Below, piece after piece: positions 34,979 to 43,752 of a DNA stretch of 51,177 bases (positions are counted from its first letter, which is position 1; every line of letters starts with the position of its first letter). The translations under genes were made by a program, and so were the position numbers. This DNA comes from Ktedonobacterales bacterium (GTDB lineage: Bacteria; Chloroflexota; Ktedonobacteria; Ktedonobacterales; JADMIN01), in NCBI GenBank assembly GCA_036393135.1, contig DASVWQ010000310.1, positions 1 to 51,177 of the forward strand, in the 5' to 3' direction. Below the pieces are notes generated by a model. It saw nothing but the letters and a program-made list of their open reading frames with translations, was not told where the DNA came from and searched no databases.

Positions 34979-36553
34979 CTACTCTTTCACCGACCAGACG
35001 GCGCCCTGCGGCGTGTCTTTCACCGTCACATGATACCGCTCATCCAGCGCCTTGCGGATGCGGTCAGACTCCGCCCAGTCGCGCTTCGCTCGCGCCTCGT
35101 CGCGCGCCCGCACCAGCGCCTCGATCTCCGCCCGCTCCTCGGCTGTGAGGCCGTCGCTGGCGGACGGTTCGTCCAGCGCGATGCCCAGCGTCCCGGTCAG
35201 CTCCTCCAGCATGGCGAGCGCCGCGCGCAGGGTATCGGCGGTATCGGGCGCCAGCGCGTGCGAGCGCAGGGCGTTGGCGTAGTCGTTGACGCGGTGGGCC
35301 AGCTCATCGATGACGCTGAGCGCCTTCGAGGTGTTCAGGTCGTCGTCCATCGCGGCGATGAAGTCCGCGCGGGCGGCGTCCAGGCTGGCGCGCAGCGTGT
35401 CGCCATCGGCGTCGGCGCCCTTCGTCTCAACTGCCGCGCCCTCGGCCCAGGCGATCAGGCGGCGCAGGTTGGCCGCCGTCTCCACCCAGCGCCGCCAGCG
35501 CGTCACCGTCCCGCGCAACTGCTCCTCGGAGTAGACCAGCGTGGCGCGGTACTGCTGCCCCAGCAGGTACGTCCGCAGGGCCATCGGCGGAATCTCGCCC
35601 GACGCCAGCACCGAAGCGATGGTGACGAATGAGCCGGAGTGCGCCATCTTGCGCGCTAGCTCATCCTCGCCCAGGCCCTCCTCGCGCGCCTCCGTCTCGG
35701 CCTCGGCCTCGGCGTCCAACTCGGCCTGGGGCGCGGGCTGCGCGCTGTCATCCTCCGGCAGGCTCAGCATGCCGGTGTGGAACCAGTAGCGCACGAACGG
35801 CGTGACGCCGGTGAAACTCTCGCTCTGCGCGATTTCGTTCTCGTGGTGCGGGAAGATGAGGTCGGCGCCGCCGCCGTGGATGTCGATCCGCTCGCCCAAC
35901 GCGTACAGCGCCATCGTCGAGCACTCGATGTGCCAGCCGGGGCGCCCCTTGCCCCACGGACTCTCCCACCACGGCTCGCCGGGCTTGGCCGACTTCCAGA
36001 GCGCGAAGTCGCGCGGGTCACGCTTGCGCGGGTCCTCTTCGATGCGCGCTCCGACCTTCATGGCCTTCTCGTCGCGCCCGGAGAGGCGGCCATAGGCGGG
36101 AAAGCTTGGCACCGAGAAGAAGACATCGCCGTCCACCGCGTAGGCGTGGCCCTTCTCGATCAGCCCCGCTACCATCTCGATGATCTGCGGAATATACTCC
36201 GTGACCAGCGTGAACTCATCGGCGGGGCGGATGCCCAGGCGTCCCATCACGTCGAAGTAGGCGTCGATGTAGCGGCGCGCGGCCTCCGACGCCGGAATAC
36301 CCTCGCGAATGCCCGCCTGGATGATCTTGTCATCCACATCGGTGAAGTTCTGGATGTAGCGCACCTTGTAGCCGCGATATTCCAGATAGCGCCGCGCGAC
36401 ATCGTTGATGGTGAAGCTGCGGGCGTGGCCGAGGTGCGGCTCGTTCTTGGGCGTCAGGCCGCAGACGTACATCTTGACGACATCGCCCATCGGCTGGAAG
36501 TCTTCTTTGCGGCGGGCTTCGGTATTATAGAGTTGCATGGCTGGCTTGCTCAC
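34979..36553 (-). CDS. cysS: Cysteine--tRNA ligase
   Basis: HIGH-type motif (PHLGHAR), WHIECS, and a KMSKS-region variant RKMAHSGSF. Overall class I CysRS layout with an acidic insertion (see findings). Confidence 0.95.
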   Translation of the reverse strand: MSKPAMQLYNTEARRKEDFQPMGDVVKMYVCGLTPKNEPHLGHARSFTINDVARRYLEYRGYKVRYIQNFTDVDDKIIQAGIREGIPASEAARRYIDAYFDVMGRLGIRPADEFTLVTEYIPQIIEMVAGLIEKGHAYAVDGDVFFSVPSFPAYGRLSGRDEKAMKVGARIEEDPRKRDPRDFALWKSAKPGEPWWESPWGKGRPGWHIECSTMALYALGERIDIHGGGADLIFPHHENEIAQSESFTGVTPFVRYWFHTGMLSLPEDDSAQPAPQAELDAEAEAETEAREEGLGEDELARKMAHSGSFVTIASVLASGEIPPMALRTYLLGQQYRATLVYSEEQLRGTVTRWRRWVETAANLRRLIAWAEGAAVETKGADADGDTLRASLDAARADFIAAMDDDLNTSKALSVIDELAHRVNDYANALRSHALAPDTADTLRAALAMLEELTGTLGIALDEPSASDGLTAEERAEIEALVRARDEARAKRDWAESDRIRKALDERYHVTVKDTPQGAVWSVKE

Positions 36554-36842
36554 TTTCTCGCGCCGGGCCGCTCTGGCGCGGCGGCTGGCGATCCCTACGC
36601 GGGGACAGCCTGCGGTTAGGATGAGATGCGCGGTCTGGGGGAAGCGTCCATCGGGGCGCGGCTGACGGAGCGAGAACTCCGCGCCAGCGCGGTTAGCGAT
36701 GGACGCGCATACAGACGCAGCCAGCGGAACACAGCATGCCCACGGTGAGGGGGAGGGTTGGCGTCAGGGGACGATGCTGCGACATGTCTCTGCTACTCCG
36801 GCGATGCGTGAATGGAGGCGCGCTCAGGCGTCTCACCCTTGC

Positions 36843-36872
36843 AGTATGGCGCCATGCGCGGGCGAGTGTCAA
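36843..36872 (-). promoter_or_regulatory. Candidate promoter heading a roughly 290-nt cysS leader
   Basis: The minus strand reads TTGACA (36872..36867), an 18-nt spacer, then CATACT (36848..36843). It lies just downstream of the stop of the preceding gene. Confidence 0.35.
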
Positions 36873-36905
36873 CCGATGAGCGGTAGACGCGACGGCGTGG
36901 GCGGC

Positions 36906-38216
36906 TCATGCGACGAACAACTCGGAGGCGACAAGGCGCGTCAGGATGATCATCCACGCGATGCAGAGCGCCACCATCAGGCGATGGGCGCGGGGATAGC
37001 GATTGCCGAGCAGCGCCATGAGGACGAGGCAGGGGAAGACAACCAGCGCATAGCGCGATATCGACATCAGCCCACCGCCAGGAATGTGCGCGGGCAAGAG
37101 CAGCGATGGCGCGAGCGATAGCCAGCTGTAGCCAATCCACGACGCGGGCAGCCTGGGCAGCTTGAGCCGCACGGGTAGCAGCATAACGATGCACGCGCCC
37201 AGCCAGAAGGCAAGAAAGACGAAATCGGTCAACACCTCCAGCCGTGGGGCCGAGGGTCCGCCAGTCACCAGCGTGACAAAGTTGTTCGTGACGCCGACCC
37301 AGGGCCAATCCAGGTAGCGACGCCAGGTGGTGTAGGTCAGCGCGCGAACCGCAACATTCGGCATCGCATACTGCCAGGCGAGGTAGAGATCGAAACCGAA
37401 GTACGCCGCCAGTGGGAGCGCGAAGGCGCCGCTCAGCGCGAGCGCCGCGCGCAGCCGTTGCGTGTGCGCCCACTCGCGCCACTCGCGCCACAGCCAGACG
37501 CCTGCTTCAATGGTAAGTGGCGCCAGCAAGAGCATGCCCTGAGACCGCGTGAGCGCCGCCAGTGCGATCAGCGCGCCGCTCAGCGTCCATCGCCGCTGGC
37601 GCATCAAGAGGAATGCCGCCACGCTCAACAGCAGGAATAGCCCTTCGGTGAATTCGGAGGCGAAGAACAGCCCCGTCGGGAAGATCGCATAGTAGAAGAG
37701 CGTTCGCCGTGCGACAGGCGCTCCGAACTGGCGCTCGACCAGCCGCCCAAGGATGACAAACGCTCCCAGCGAGCAGGCATTGGCCACCAGCAGCCCGGCC
37801 AGCGTGATGTGTCCGCCAGCGAGTGGCGTCGTCAGCCGTATCAGCAGGGGATAGAGCGGAGAATAGGCGGCTTGCGGCACGATGCGGTAGCCGTAGCGCG
37901 CGATAGAGGTGAACCAGATGCCGTCGAAGAGGGTCCACACGCGATAGAAGTAGGCGAGCTGTGGCGCGATGCGATGCCCAAAGAGCGTGATGGAGGTATA
38001 TTGACCGCCTTGATACACGTTCCAGATGTGCAGGAATTGCTCAGGCGCGAAGGTCAGCAGCAGCGTCTGCCAGGCGGCGACAAGCGCGCCGACCAGCAGG
38101 CGCTGGCCCACCCAGGCGGCGACAGCGCTCTGCCAGACAGGCCGGGCGTCCCACCTCCACCACACCCGATTGGGCGCTTCCTCTGCCGTGGTCGCGACGA
38201 CCGTATCCGCCTGCAC
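36906..38216 (-). CDS. GT-C-fold membrane glycosyltransferase, PIG-V/mannosyltransferase-like
   Basis: LFDGIWFTSIARYGY...AAYSPLYPLLIR matches the WD..(W/Y)...IA..GY...AFFPLYP pattern of PIG-V-like proteins. The body is polytopic. Start proposed at GTG 38216, with GGGAGGG 5 nt upstream. The track ORF continuing to 39164 runs antisense through two tRNA genes and ybjQ and is rejected. Confidence 0.65.
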   Translation of the reverse strand: MQADTVVATTAEEAPNRVWWRWDARPVWQSAVAAWVGQRLLVGALVAAWQTLLLTFAPEQFLHIWNVYQGGQYTSITLFGHRIAPQLAYFYRVWTLFDGIWFTSIARYGYRIVPQAAYSPLYPLLIRLTTPLAGGHITLAGLLVANACSLGAFVILGRLVERQFGAPVARRTLFYYAIFPTGLFFASEFTEGLFLLLSVAAFLLMRQRRWTLSGALIALAALTRSQGMLLLAPLTIEAGVWLWREWREWAHTQRLRAALALSGAFALPLAAYFGFDLYLAWQYAMPNVAVRALTYTTWRRYLDWPWVGVTNNFVTLVTGGPSAPRLEVLTDFVFLAFWLGACIVMLLPVRLKLPRLPASWIGYSWLSLAPSLLLPAHIPGGGLMSISRYALVVFPCLVLMALLGNRYPRAHRLMVALCIAWMIILTRLVASELFVA

Positions 38217-38367
38217 GCCGCCCTCCCAACTGCTCCTACGCGCGTCGACCTGGGCCACATGGATGTACGACGACACAGCAAGACCGCCGTAACAGCGGAG
38301 GCGCTCGGCGCGTAGCGCTGTCCCAGATGGCTTGCGGGTCGCCTGCGCGTATGCTATCATGCCCGGC

Positions 38368-38457
38368 GGAAGGGTGGCCGAGTGGTTTAAGGCGCCGCTC
38401 TCGAAAAGCGGTGCGCCTGAAAGGGCGCCGCGGGTTCGAATCCCGCCCCTTCCGCCA
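38368..38457 (+). tRNA. tRNA-Ser (anticodon CGA), CCA encoded
   Basis: Hand fold: acceptor GGAAGGG/CCCTTCC; anticodon stem CCGCT/AGCGG with loop CTCGAAA; long variable arm; T-arm GCGGG-TTCGAAT-CCCGC; discriminator G then CCA. Confidence 0.9.
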
Positions 38458-38501
38458 CGGCAGGCTGGCGCGCTGGCCTGCCGCCATCTTTGCCCACATC
38501 T

Positions 38502-38591
38502 GGAGGAGTCCCATAGAGGCCTAGTGGGCGCGCCTGGAAAGCGCGTGCGTCGGCAACGGCGCCGTGGGTTCGAATCCCACCTCCTCCGCCA
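38502..38591 (+). tRNA. tRNA-Ser (anticodon GGA), CCA encoded
   Basis: Hand fold: acceptor GGAGGAG/CTCCTCC; anticodon stem CGCGC/GCGCG with loop CTGGAAA; long variable arm; T-arm GTGGG-TTCGAAT-CCCAC; G then CCA. Confidence 0.9.
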
Positions 38592-38771
38592 CAAGAACAG
38601 CATGGCCACGATGGGTGTCGCGGCCATGCGTCGTTTTGCCGAGCGCCATGTCCGTGCGCAACCCCGCGCGGCGCCCCGCCGTATCTCTGGCAGGCGATGG
38701 CGCCACACCCCGCGCGGGATGCGCGACCAGGGGTATCGTTGTGGCGCGGCTCGCCGTGGAGGACAACCAGC

Positions 38772-39167
38772 ATGGGTCAGCCAAATCCTCAAACCGCGCC
38801 CACCCAGCAGCGCGGCGCCGCTTTCGATCATGGGCTTGTCACGGGCGGCCTGGAACTGCCGAACTACACCATCACCCGCAACTTCGGCCTCGTGCGCGGC
38901 ATCGTCGTGCGGTCGCGCGGGCTGGTCGGCTCCATCGGCGCCGGACTCCAGCAGATCGTCGGCGGCAACATCTCCCTCTACACTGAGATGTGTGAGCGCG
39001 CCCGTGGCGAGGCCTACGAGATCATGATCCAGCACGCCGCCGCCATCGGCGCGAACGGCATCATCGCCGTCCGCTACGACGCGACCGAGATCAGCCAGGG
39101 CGTCACCGAAGTGCTCTGCTATGGCACCGCCGTTTACGTCACCCCGCGCCAGACCACTATGCAATAG
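38772..39167 (+). CDS. YbjQ/UPF0145-family protein
   Basis: Start at ATG 38772 with GGAGGA upstream. GLVRGIVVRSRG...IVGGNISLYTEMCERARGEAYEIMIQHAAAIGANGIIAVRYD...YGTAVYV is typical of UPF0145. Confidence 0.85.
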   Translation: MGQPNPQTAPTQQRGAAFDHGLVTGGLELPNYTITRNFGLVRGIVVRSRGLVGSIGAGLQQIVGGNISLYTEMCERARGEAYEIMIQHAAAIGANGIIAVRYDATEISQGVTEVLCYGTAVYVTPRQTTMQ

Positions 39168-39231
39168 CGCGGCTCACAGGCGGCTCACAGGCGAGCGGCG
39201 CGCGTGGCAGCGTGAAGCCGCCCGCCTCCGT

Positions 39232-39260
39232 TTGACACCCCACCCGGCGGGCGATAGAAT
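39232..39260 (+). promoter_or_regulatory. Candidate sigma70-type promoter of glyQS
   Basis: TTGACA (39232..39237), 17-nt spacer, TAGAAT (39255..39260). Lies about 140 nt upstream of the glyQS ATG. Confidence 0.5.
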
Positions 39261-39323
39261 GCCTTAGCCCAGTGCGGGGCCGAAGGTCGAAGTCGCGCCG
39301 CCTCACCAATTTGCGCCCGCGAT

Positions 39324-39357
39324 ACGGAGGCAAGGGAGTTCGCTCCCCGGCCTCCGT
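39324..39357 (+). terminator. Terminator-like hairpin inside the glyQS leader (possible attenuator)
   Basis: The outer 8-bp stem ACGGAGGC/GCCTCCGT encloses GGGAG-TTCG-CTCCC. It is followed by TATTCAT, a weak U-rich tail. It lies between the candidate promoter and the RBS GGGGGAG. Confidence 0.4.
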
Positions 39358-39398
39358 TATTCATGCGGGCGGTGGCGGCGCCAGGGGGAGTAGCAGAC

Positions 39399-40739
39399 AT
39401 GGAGACACGCAAGAGCGCCGAGAATGATCGGATGCAGGACATCGTATCGCTGTGCAAGCGACGCGGCTACATCTTCCCCAGCAGCGAAATCTACGGCGGA
39501 GTCAACGCCGTCTTCGATTACGGCCCTCTCGGCGTTGAGTTCAAGAACAACGTCAAGCGCGCCTGGTGGGACGCCATGACCCGTATGCGCGATGATGTCG
39601 TCGGCCTCGACGCCAGCATCATCATGGCGCGGCGCGTCTGGCAGGCGTCTGGCCACGAGGAGGTCTTCACCGATCCGCTGGTGGACTGCACCAACTGCAA
39701 GGCCCGCTTCCGCGCCGATCACGTCATCGAGGACCAGGGCAACCTCGATGTCTGCCCGAACTGCGGCCAGCGTGGCACGCTGACCGAGCCGCGCCGCTTC
39801 AACCTGATGTTCAAGACATTCATGGGGCCGGTGGAAGAAGACGCCGGGCTGGTCTACCTGCGGCCAGAGACCGCCCAGGGCATCTACGTCAACTTCCTCA
39901 ATGTCCAGAGCAGCATGCGCAAGCGGCTGCCCTTCGGCATCGCGCAAATCGGCAAGGCGTTCCGCAACGAGATCAGCCCGGGCAACTTCACCTACCGTAT
40001 GCGCGAATTCGAGCAGATGGAGATGCAATACTTCATCCCGCCGGAGGAGGAAGAGCGCTGGTACAACTACTGGAAAGAGCAGCGCCGCCAGTGGTATCTC
40101 GACCTCGGCATGACACCGGAGCATCTGAGCTGGCACGAGCACGGGGCCGATGAGTTGGCGCACTACGCCCGCGCGGCGGTCGATGTCTATTACGAGTTCC
40201 CCTTCGGCAGCAAGGAGATCGAGGGCATCCACGACCGCACTGACTGGGACCTGCGCCGCCACACCGAGTATAGCGGCAAAGACATGTCCTACTACGACGA
40301 CATCGAAAAGCGCCGCTACCTGCCGTTCGTCATCGAGACTTCGGTGGGCGCGGACCGCTCGGCGCTGGCCTTCCTCTGCGACGCCTACCACGAGGAGGAG
40401 GTCAAGGGCGAGAAGCGCGTCGTCCTGGGTCTGAGCAAGCGCCTGGCGCCCATCAAGGTCGCCGTGATGCCGCTCTCGAAGAAGGAAGAGCTGGTCGCGC
40501 TCGCCCACAAGGTCCACGACAGCCTGCGCCCGCTCGGCCTGACCCAGTACGACGACACCGGCGGCAGCATCGGCAAACGCTACCGTCGCCAGGACGAGAT
40601 CGGCACACCCTACTGCGTCACGGTAGACTTCGACACCCTGGAAAACAATCTCGTGACCATCCGCGACCGCGACACGATGGACCAGCGCTACGTGAACATC
40701 GCCGAGCTACGCGACGTGTTGGCCGCCGATCTGGCCTAA
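39399..40739 (+). CDS. glyQS: Glycine--tRNA ligase (dimeric class II type)
   Basis: IVSLCKRRGYIFPSSEIYGG, GPLGVEFKNNVKRAWW, FRNEISPGNFTYRMREFEQMEMQYF and IETSVGADR. ATG 39399 has GGGGGAG upstream. Confidence 0.95.
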   Translation: METRKSAENDRMQDIVSLCKRRGYIFPSSEIYGGVNAVFDYGPLGVEFKNNVKRAWWDAMTRMRDDVVGLDASIIMARRVWQASGHEEVFTDPLVDCTNCKARFRADHVIEDQGNLDVCPNCGQRGTLTEPRRFNLMFKTFMGPVEEDAGLVYLRPETAQGIYVNFLNVQSSMRKRLPFGIAQIGKAFRNEISPGNFTYRMREFEQMEMQYFIPPEEEERWYNYWKEQRRQWYLDLGMTPEHLSWHEHGADELAHYARAAVDVYYEFPFGSKEIEGIHDRTDWDLRRHTEYSGKDMSYYDDIEKRRYLPFVIETSVGADRSALAFLCDAYHEEEVKGEKRVVLGLSKRLAPIKVAVMPLSKKEELVALAHKVHDSLRPLGLTQYDDTGGSIGKRYRRQDEIGTPYCVTVDFDTLENNLVTIRDRDTMDQRYVNIAELRDVLAADLA

Positions 40740-40839
40740 CCTGCGAGCGCTGGGATGTGGGGCTGGCCAGCGCGCCGCCCCGTGTTCCGGCGCCGCCCGT
40801 CGCGGCGCGCGCCGACGCGCGCCAGGGAGCAGCTACCCT

Positions 40840-41226
40840 ATGAGTCTGGATGAAGGACTGAGCTACTACGCCGAGGCCGCGCAAGACCTCGCCAGCGCGA
40901 ATCTGTCGAACGCGGCGGGGATGTTCTACAATTGCGCCGACCTCTGCAACCAGGCGGCGGAGAAGACGCTTCAGGCGGTCTACGCCGCCAGCCATGAGGC
41001 CCGCGCGCCGTACAACCACGACCTCCGCGCGCTGGGCGTGCTGGCGGGCGCGCCAGAGGAGATTCTCGCCGACCTCGACGCGCTCACGCCGTATCACCCC
41101 AGCGTCTTCCTGGAGAAAGTGGACGCCGAGCTAGCCGATGATGAGGTCGGCGGCGAGGTCGCCAGCGACCTGCTGACGAAGGCCCGCGCGGTGATGCGCT
41201 GGGCGCGGCCCATCATGCTGGCGTAG
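40840..41226 (+). CDS. HEPN-domain protein (PF05168-like), no adjacent nucleotidyltransferase partner
   Basis: A 128-aa helical protein. AAEKTLQAVYAASHEARAPYNHDLRALG contains an R-x4-H motif (41002..41019), typical of HEPN. Confidence 0.7.
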   Translation: MSLDEGLSYYAEAAQDLASANLSNAAGMFYNCADLCNQAAEKTLQAVYAASHEARAPYNHDLRALGVLAGAPEEILADLDALTPYHPSVFLEKVDAELADDEVGGEVASDLLTKARAVMRWARPIMLA

Positions 41227-41267
41227 CGCCTATCAGCGCAGCATAAGCAGCATAGAAGGAGCGCGGC

Positions 41268-42170
41268 ATGCGCGAGCAACGCATTGTTTCGCTGCTGCCC
41301 AGCGCGACGGAGATTCTCTTCGCGTTGGGGCTGGAGGCCGAGACGCGCGCCGTCACCCACGAGTGTGACTATCCGGCGGGCGCGCTGGGCAAGCCGCACA
41401 TCACGCGCAGTCTGTTGCCGCCGAACCTGAGCAGCGGCGAGATCGACGCCGCTGTGCGCGAACAACTCGTCGCCGACGCCCACAGCCTCTACAGCATCGA
41501 CCGGGCGCTGCTGGCGGAGATCGCTCCCACACTGATCGTCACCCAGCGGCTCTGCGAGGTCTGCGCCGTCGCCTACGACGAGGTGGTGGAGGCTGTCCGC
41601 GCGCTGCCTCAGCGCCCCCAGATCATCAATCTGGAGCCAGAGCGGCTGGACGACGCGCTGGCCGACATCGCCACCGTCGGCGCCGCCACCGGACGGGCGA
41701 CGGAAGCGGCGGCGCTGCTCGCCAGTCTGCGCGCTCGCGTCGAGGCCGTGCGCCAGCGGGTCGCTGGAACTATGACGCGCCCACGAGTCGCCTTCATCGA
41801 GTGGATCGATCCGCTCTTCTGCGGCGGCCACTGGAACCCGGAACTGATCGCGCTGGCGGGCGGCGAGGATGGCCTGGGCCGCGTGGGGGCGCGCTCCGAG
41901 CAGGTGGAGTGGGAGCGGGTGGCCGCCTGGCAGCCAGAGGTAATGGTGATCGCGGCCTGCGGCTTCACCGAGCAGCGCGCTCGCCAGGATGAGCCGCTAC
42001 TGCGCGCCTATCCTGGCTTCGCGGAGTTGCCTTGCGCTCGCGCCGGTCGTGTCCACTTCGTGGATGGCGCCGCCTACTTTAGCCGCCCCGGCCCGCGCCT
42101 GATCGATAGCCTGGAACTGCTCGCGCGCCTCATCCACCCCGACCGCTTTGCGCCTGCAAGCCCTGAATGA
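41268..42170 (+). CDS. TroA/BtuF-like (cobalamin or siderophore type) binding protein without an obvious signal peptide
   Basis: RIVSLLPSATEILFALGLEAETRAVTHECDYP...PTLIVTQ...PEVMVIAACG. This is the class III periplasmic-binding-protein pattern. Confidence 0.8.
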   Translation: MREQRIVSLLPSATEILFALGLEAETRAVTHECDYPAGALGKPHITRSLLPPNLSSGEIDAAVREQLVADAHSLYSIDRALLAEIAPTLIVTQRLCEVCAVAYDEVVEAVRALPQRPQIINLEPERLDDALADIATVGAATGRATEAAALLASLRARVEAVRQRVAGTMTRPRVAFIEWIDPLFCGGHWNPELIALAGGEDGLGRVGARSEQVEWERVAAWQPEVMVIAACGFTEQRARQDEPLLRAYPGFAELPCARAGRVHFVDGAAYFSRPGPRLIDSLELLARLIHPDRFAPASPE

Positions 42171-42360
42171 TTCAGCTTTGGCCCGCATCGCGCAAGCTCA
42201 TCCGCAAGAGCGTGTAATTACCTATCGCGGTGTGACGACAGCTATGCTATACTGGCTCGTAGGTAGTATGGCGTATCTGCGCAGGAGCAGAGGCGTCGCC
42301 CGGCCCCAGCGCCGAACGGCCACTCGTACATCCTGTGCCAGACAAACAGGAGCGTGCGAC

Positions 42361-42618
42361 GTGGCGCAAGAGTATCCCAAAGCGCAAGTGCAGGCTTGGG
42401 GCCTTCCGGTTGGTCTCGCCCTCATCGTCGGAGCCATCGCGTTGACCTTCTATGCGAATGCCGGTCTGCAAGACACCACCACCATTGTCATCGGTATCAT
42501 CGCGTTGCCAATGCTTGGCGCCGGCATCACCAGCCTCGGCGCGTTCATCTACAGCCTGATCCGCCGTGGCGTCTACAACCACGAGGTCAAGCTGGTCGCG
42601 GCGACTCACCAGCACTAA
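42361..42618 (+). CDS. Small 2-TM membrane protein (hypothetical)
   Basis: GTG 42361 with AGGAG 8 nt upstream. Hydrophobic stretches GLPVGLALIVGAIALTFY and IVIGIIALPMLGAGITSLGAFIY. The start and even the reality of this gene are uncertain. Confidence 0.4.
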   Translation: MAQEYPKAQVQAWGLPVGLALIVGAIALTFYANAGLQDTTTIVIGIIALPMLGAGITSLGAFIYSLIRRGVYNHEVKLVAATHQH

Positions 42619-42849
42619 TTCACCCCTCGCGACCTCTTTGCCAGGCGGCCCCTCCACGCGGGGCGGTCGTCTGGCAGACGTTACGCGCGTCGTCCTCCGC
42701 TCACCTCTCCTGTCCATCGCGCCCTCAACCTTGCGCGGCCAGCGCGACGCCAGCGATAATCTTCGCAGGCAGACTTCCACGCCAGACGCGCTCGACGCCC
42801 AGGCGCCCACGCGCCGCCCGGCCTGGAAGATGGAGAGGATTCAGTCAGC

Positions 42850-43752
42850 ATGATACTCGTTACCGGCGCCGCGGGTTTCGCAGGCAGCCGCATTATCGCG
42901 CGCCTCGCCGAGCAGGGCGCGCAGCCTCGCGCGCTTGTGCGCTCGTCCAGCCAGGCGGCGTGGCTCCCCACAGCAGGCGTCGAAATAGTCGTCGGCGATA
43001 CTACCGAGCCAGCGTCGCTGGGCGCGGCGGTCGCGGGCGTCGAGACGATCATTCACTGCGCGTTCATCACCGCCAACCGCAAACAGGGGCCGGACGTCAA
43101 CTACTACGCCACGAACGTGATGGGGACGCGCAATCTGCTCGCCGCCGCGCACAAGGCGGGCGTCGCGCGCGTGATCGAGCTGGGCGGGCTTGGCACGCAC
43201 CCCGGCGCGCCTGGCTCCTACATGGAGACGCGCTACGAGGCTGACGAGGCGCTCAAGGCCAGCGGACTTGCCTGGAGCATCCTGGGGCCATCGGTCCAGT
43301 TCGGTCGGGGCTCCGCATTCTTCAAGGGGCTGGCTGATCTCATTCGCTCGGTGCCGCTCATCACGCCAGTCATCGGCACAGGCAATCTGCGCTTCCAGCC
43401 GATCTGGGTTGAGGATGTCGTGACGTGCCTGCTGAAGATGGCGCAGGAGCCAGCGACCTACGACGGGCGGGTCATCGAGGTTGGTGGCCCGGAAATCTAC
43501 ACCTACAATGAGATGCTGGACATGCTGATGGCGGCGCTGGGTAAGCGGCGCTTCAAGCTGCCCAGCCCGCGCGCGGCCGCTCTGCTCGGCGCGAAGGTGA
43601 TGGACAGGGCGCTGTCGAAGCCGCCGATCACGCCAGCCGCCATCGAGCTATTCGACTTCGAGAATACGGCCACGCTCGACTCGGTATCCTACAACTTCGG
43701 CTTCCAGCCGATGTCGTGGCGCGCGTACCTGCACGACCACGGCGTCGATTAG
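42850..43752 (+). CDS. NAD(P)H-binding atypical SDR (NmrA/NDUFA9-like)
   Basis: MILVTGAAGFAGSRII is a Rossmann GxxGxxG motif. Overall resemblance to the complex I NDUFA9-like family. Confidence 0.85.
   Translation: MILVTGAAGFAGSRIIARLAEQGAQPRALVRSSSQAAWLPTAGVEIVVGDTTEPASLGAAVAGVETIIHCAFITANRKQGPDVNYYATNVMGTRNLLAAAHKAGVARVIELGGLGTHPGAPGSYMETRYEADEALKASGLAWSILGPSVQFGRGSAFFKGLADLIRSVPLITPVIGTGNLRFQPIWVEDVVTCLLKMAQEPATYDGRVIEVGGPEIYTYNEMLDMLMAALGKRRFKLPSPRAAALLGAKVMDRALSKPPITPAAIELFDFENTATLDSVSYNFGFQPMSWRAYLHDHGVD

Noticed and set aside
38217-39164. Upstream extension of track ORF 36906..39164
   Set aside because: It would read antisense through two well-folding tRNA-Ser genes and ybjQ. The glycosyltransferase homology starts near GTG 38216, which has a good RBS.
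39261-39312. tRNA-like 3' end (…gtcgcgccgcctcacca) in the glyQS leader
   Set aside because: I could not fold a T-arm or an acceptor stem. The CACCA looks coincidental, so I did not call an RNA gene.
39357-40517. 386-aa minus-strand ORF
   Set aside because: Antisense to glyQS. It shows no recognisable motifs and has a Leu/Val/Ala/Asp-rich mirror composition.
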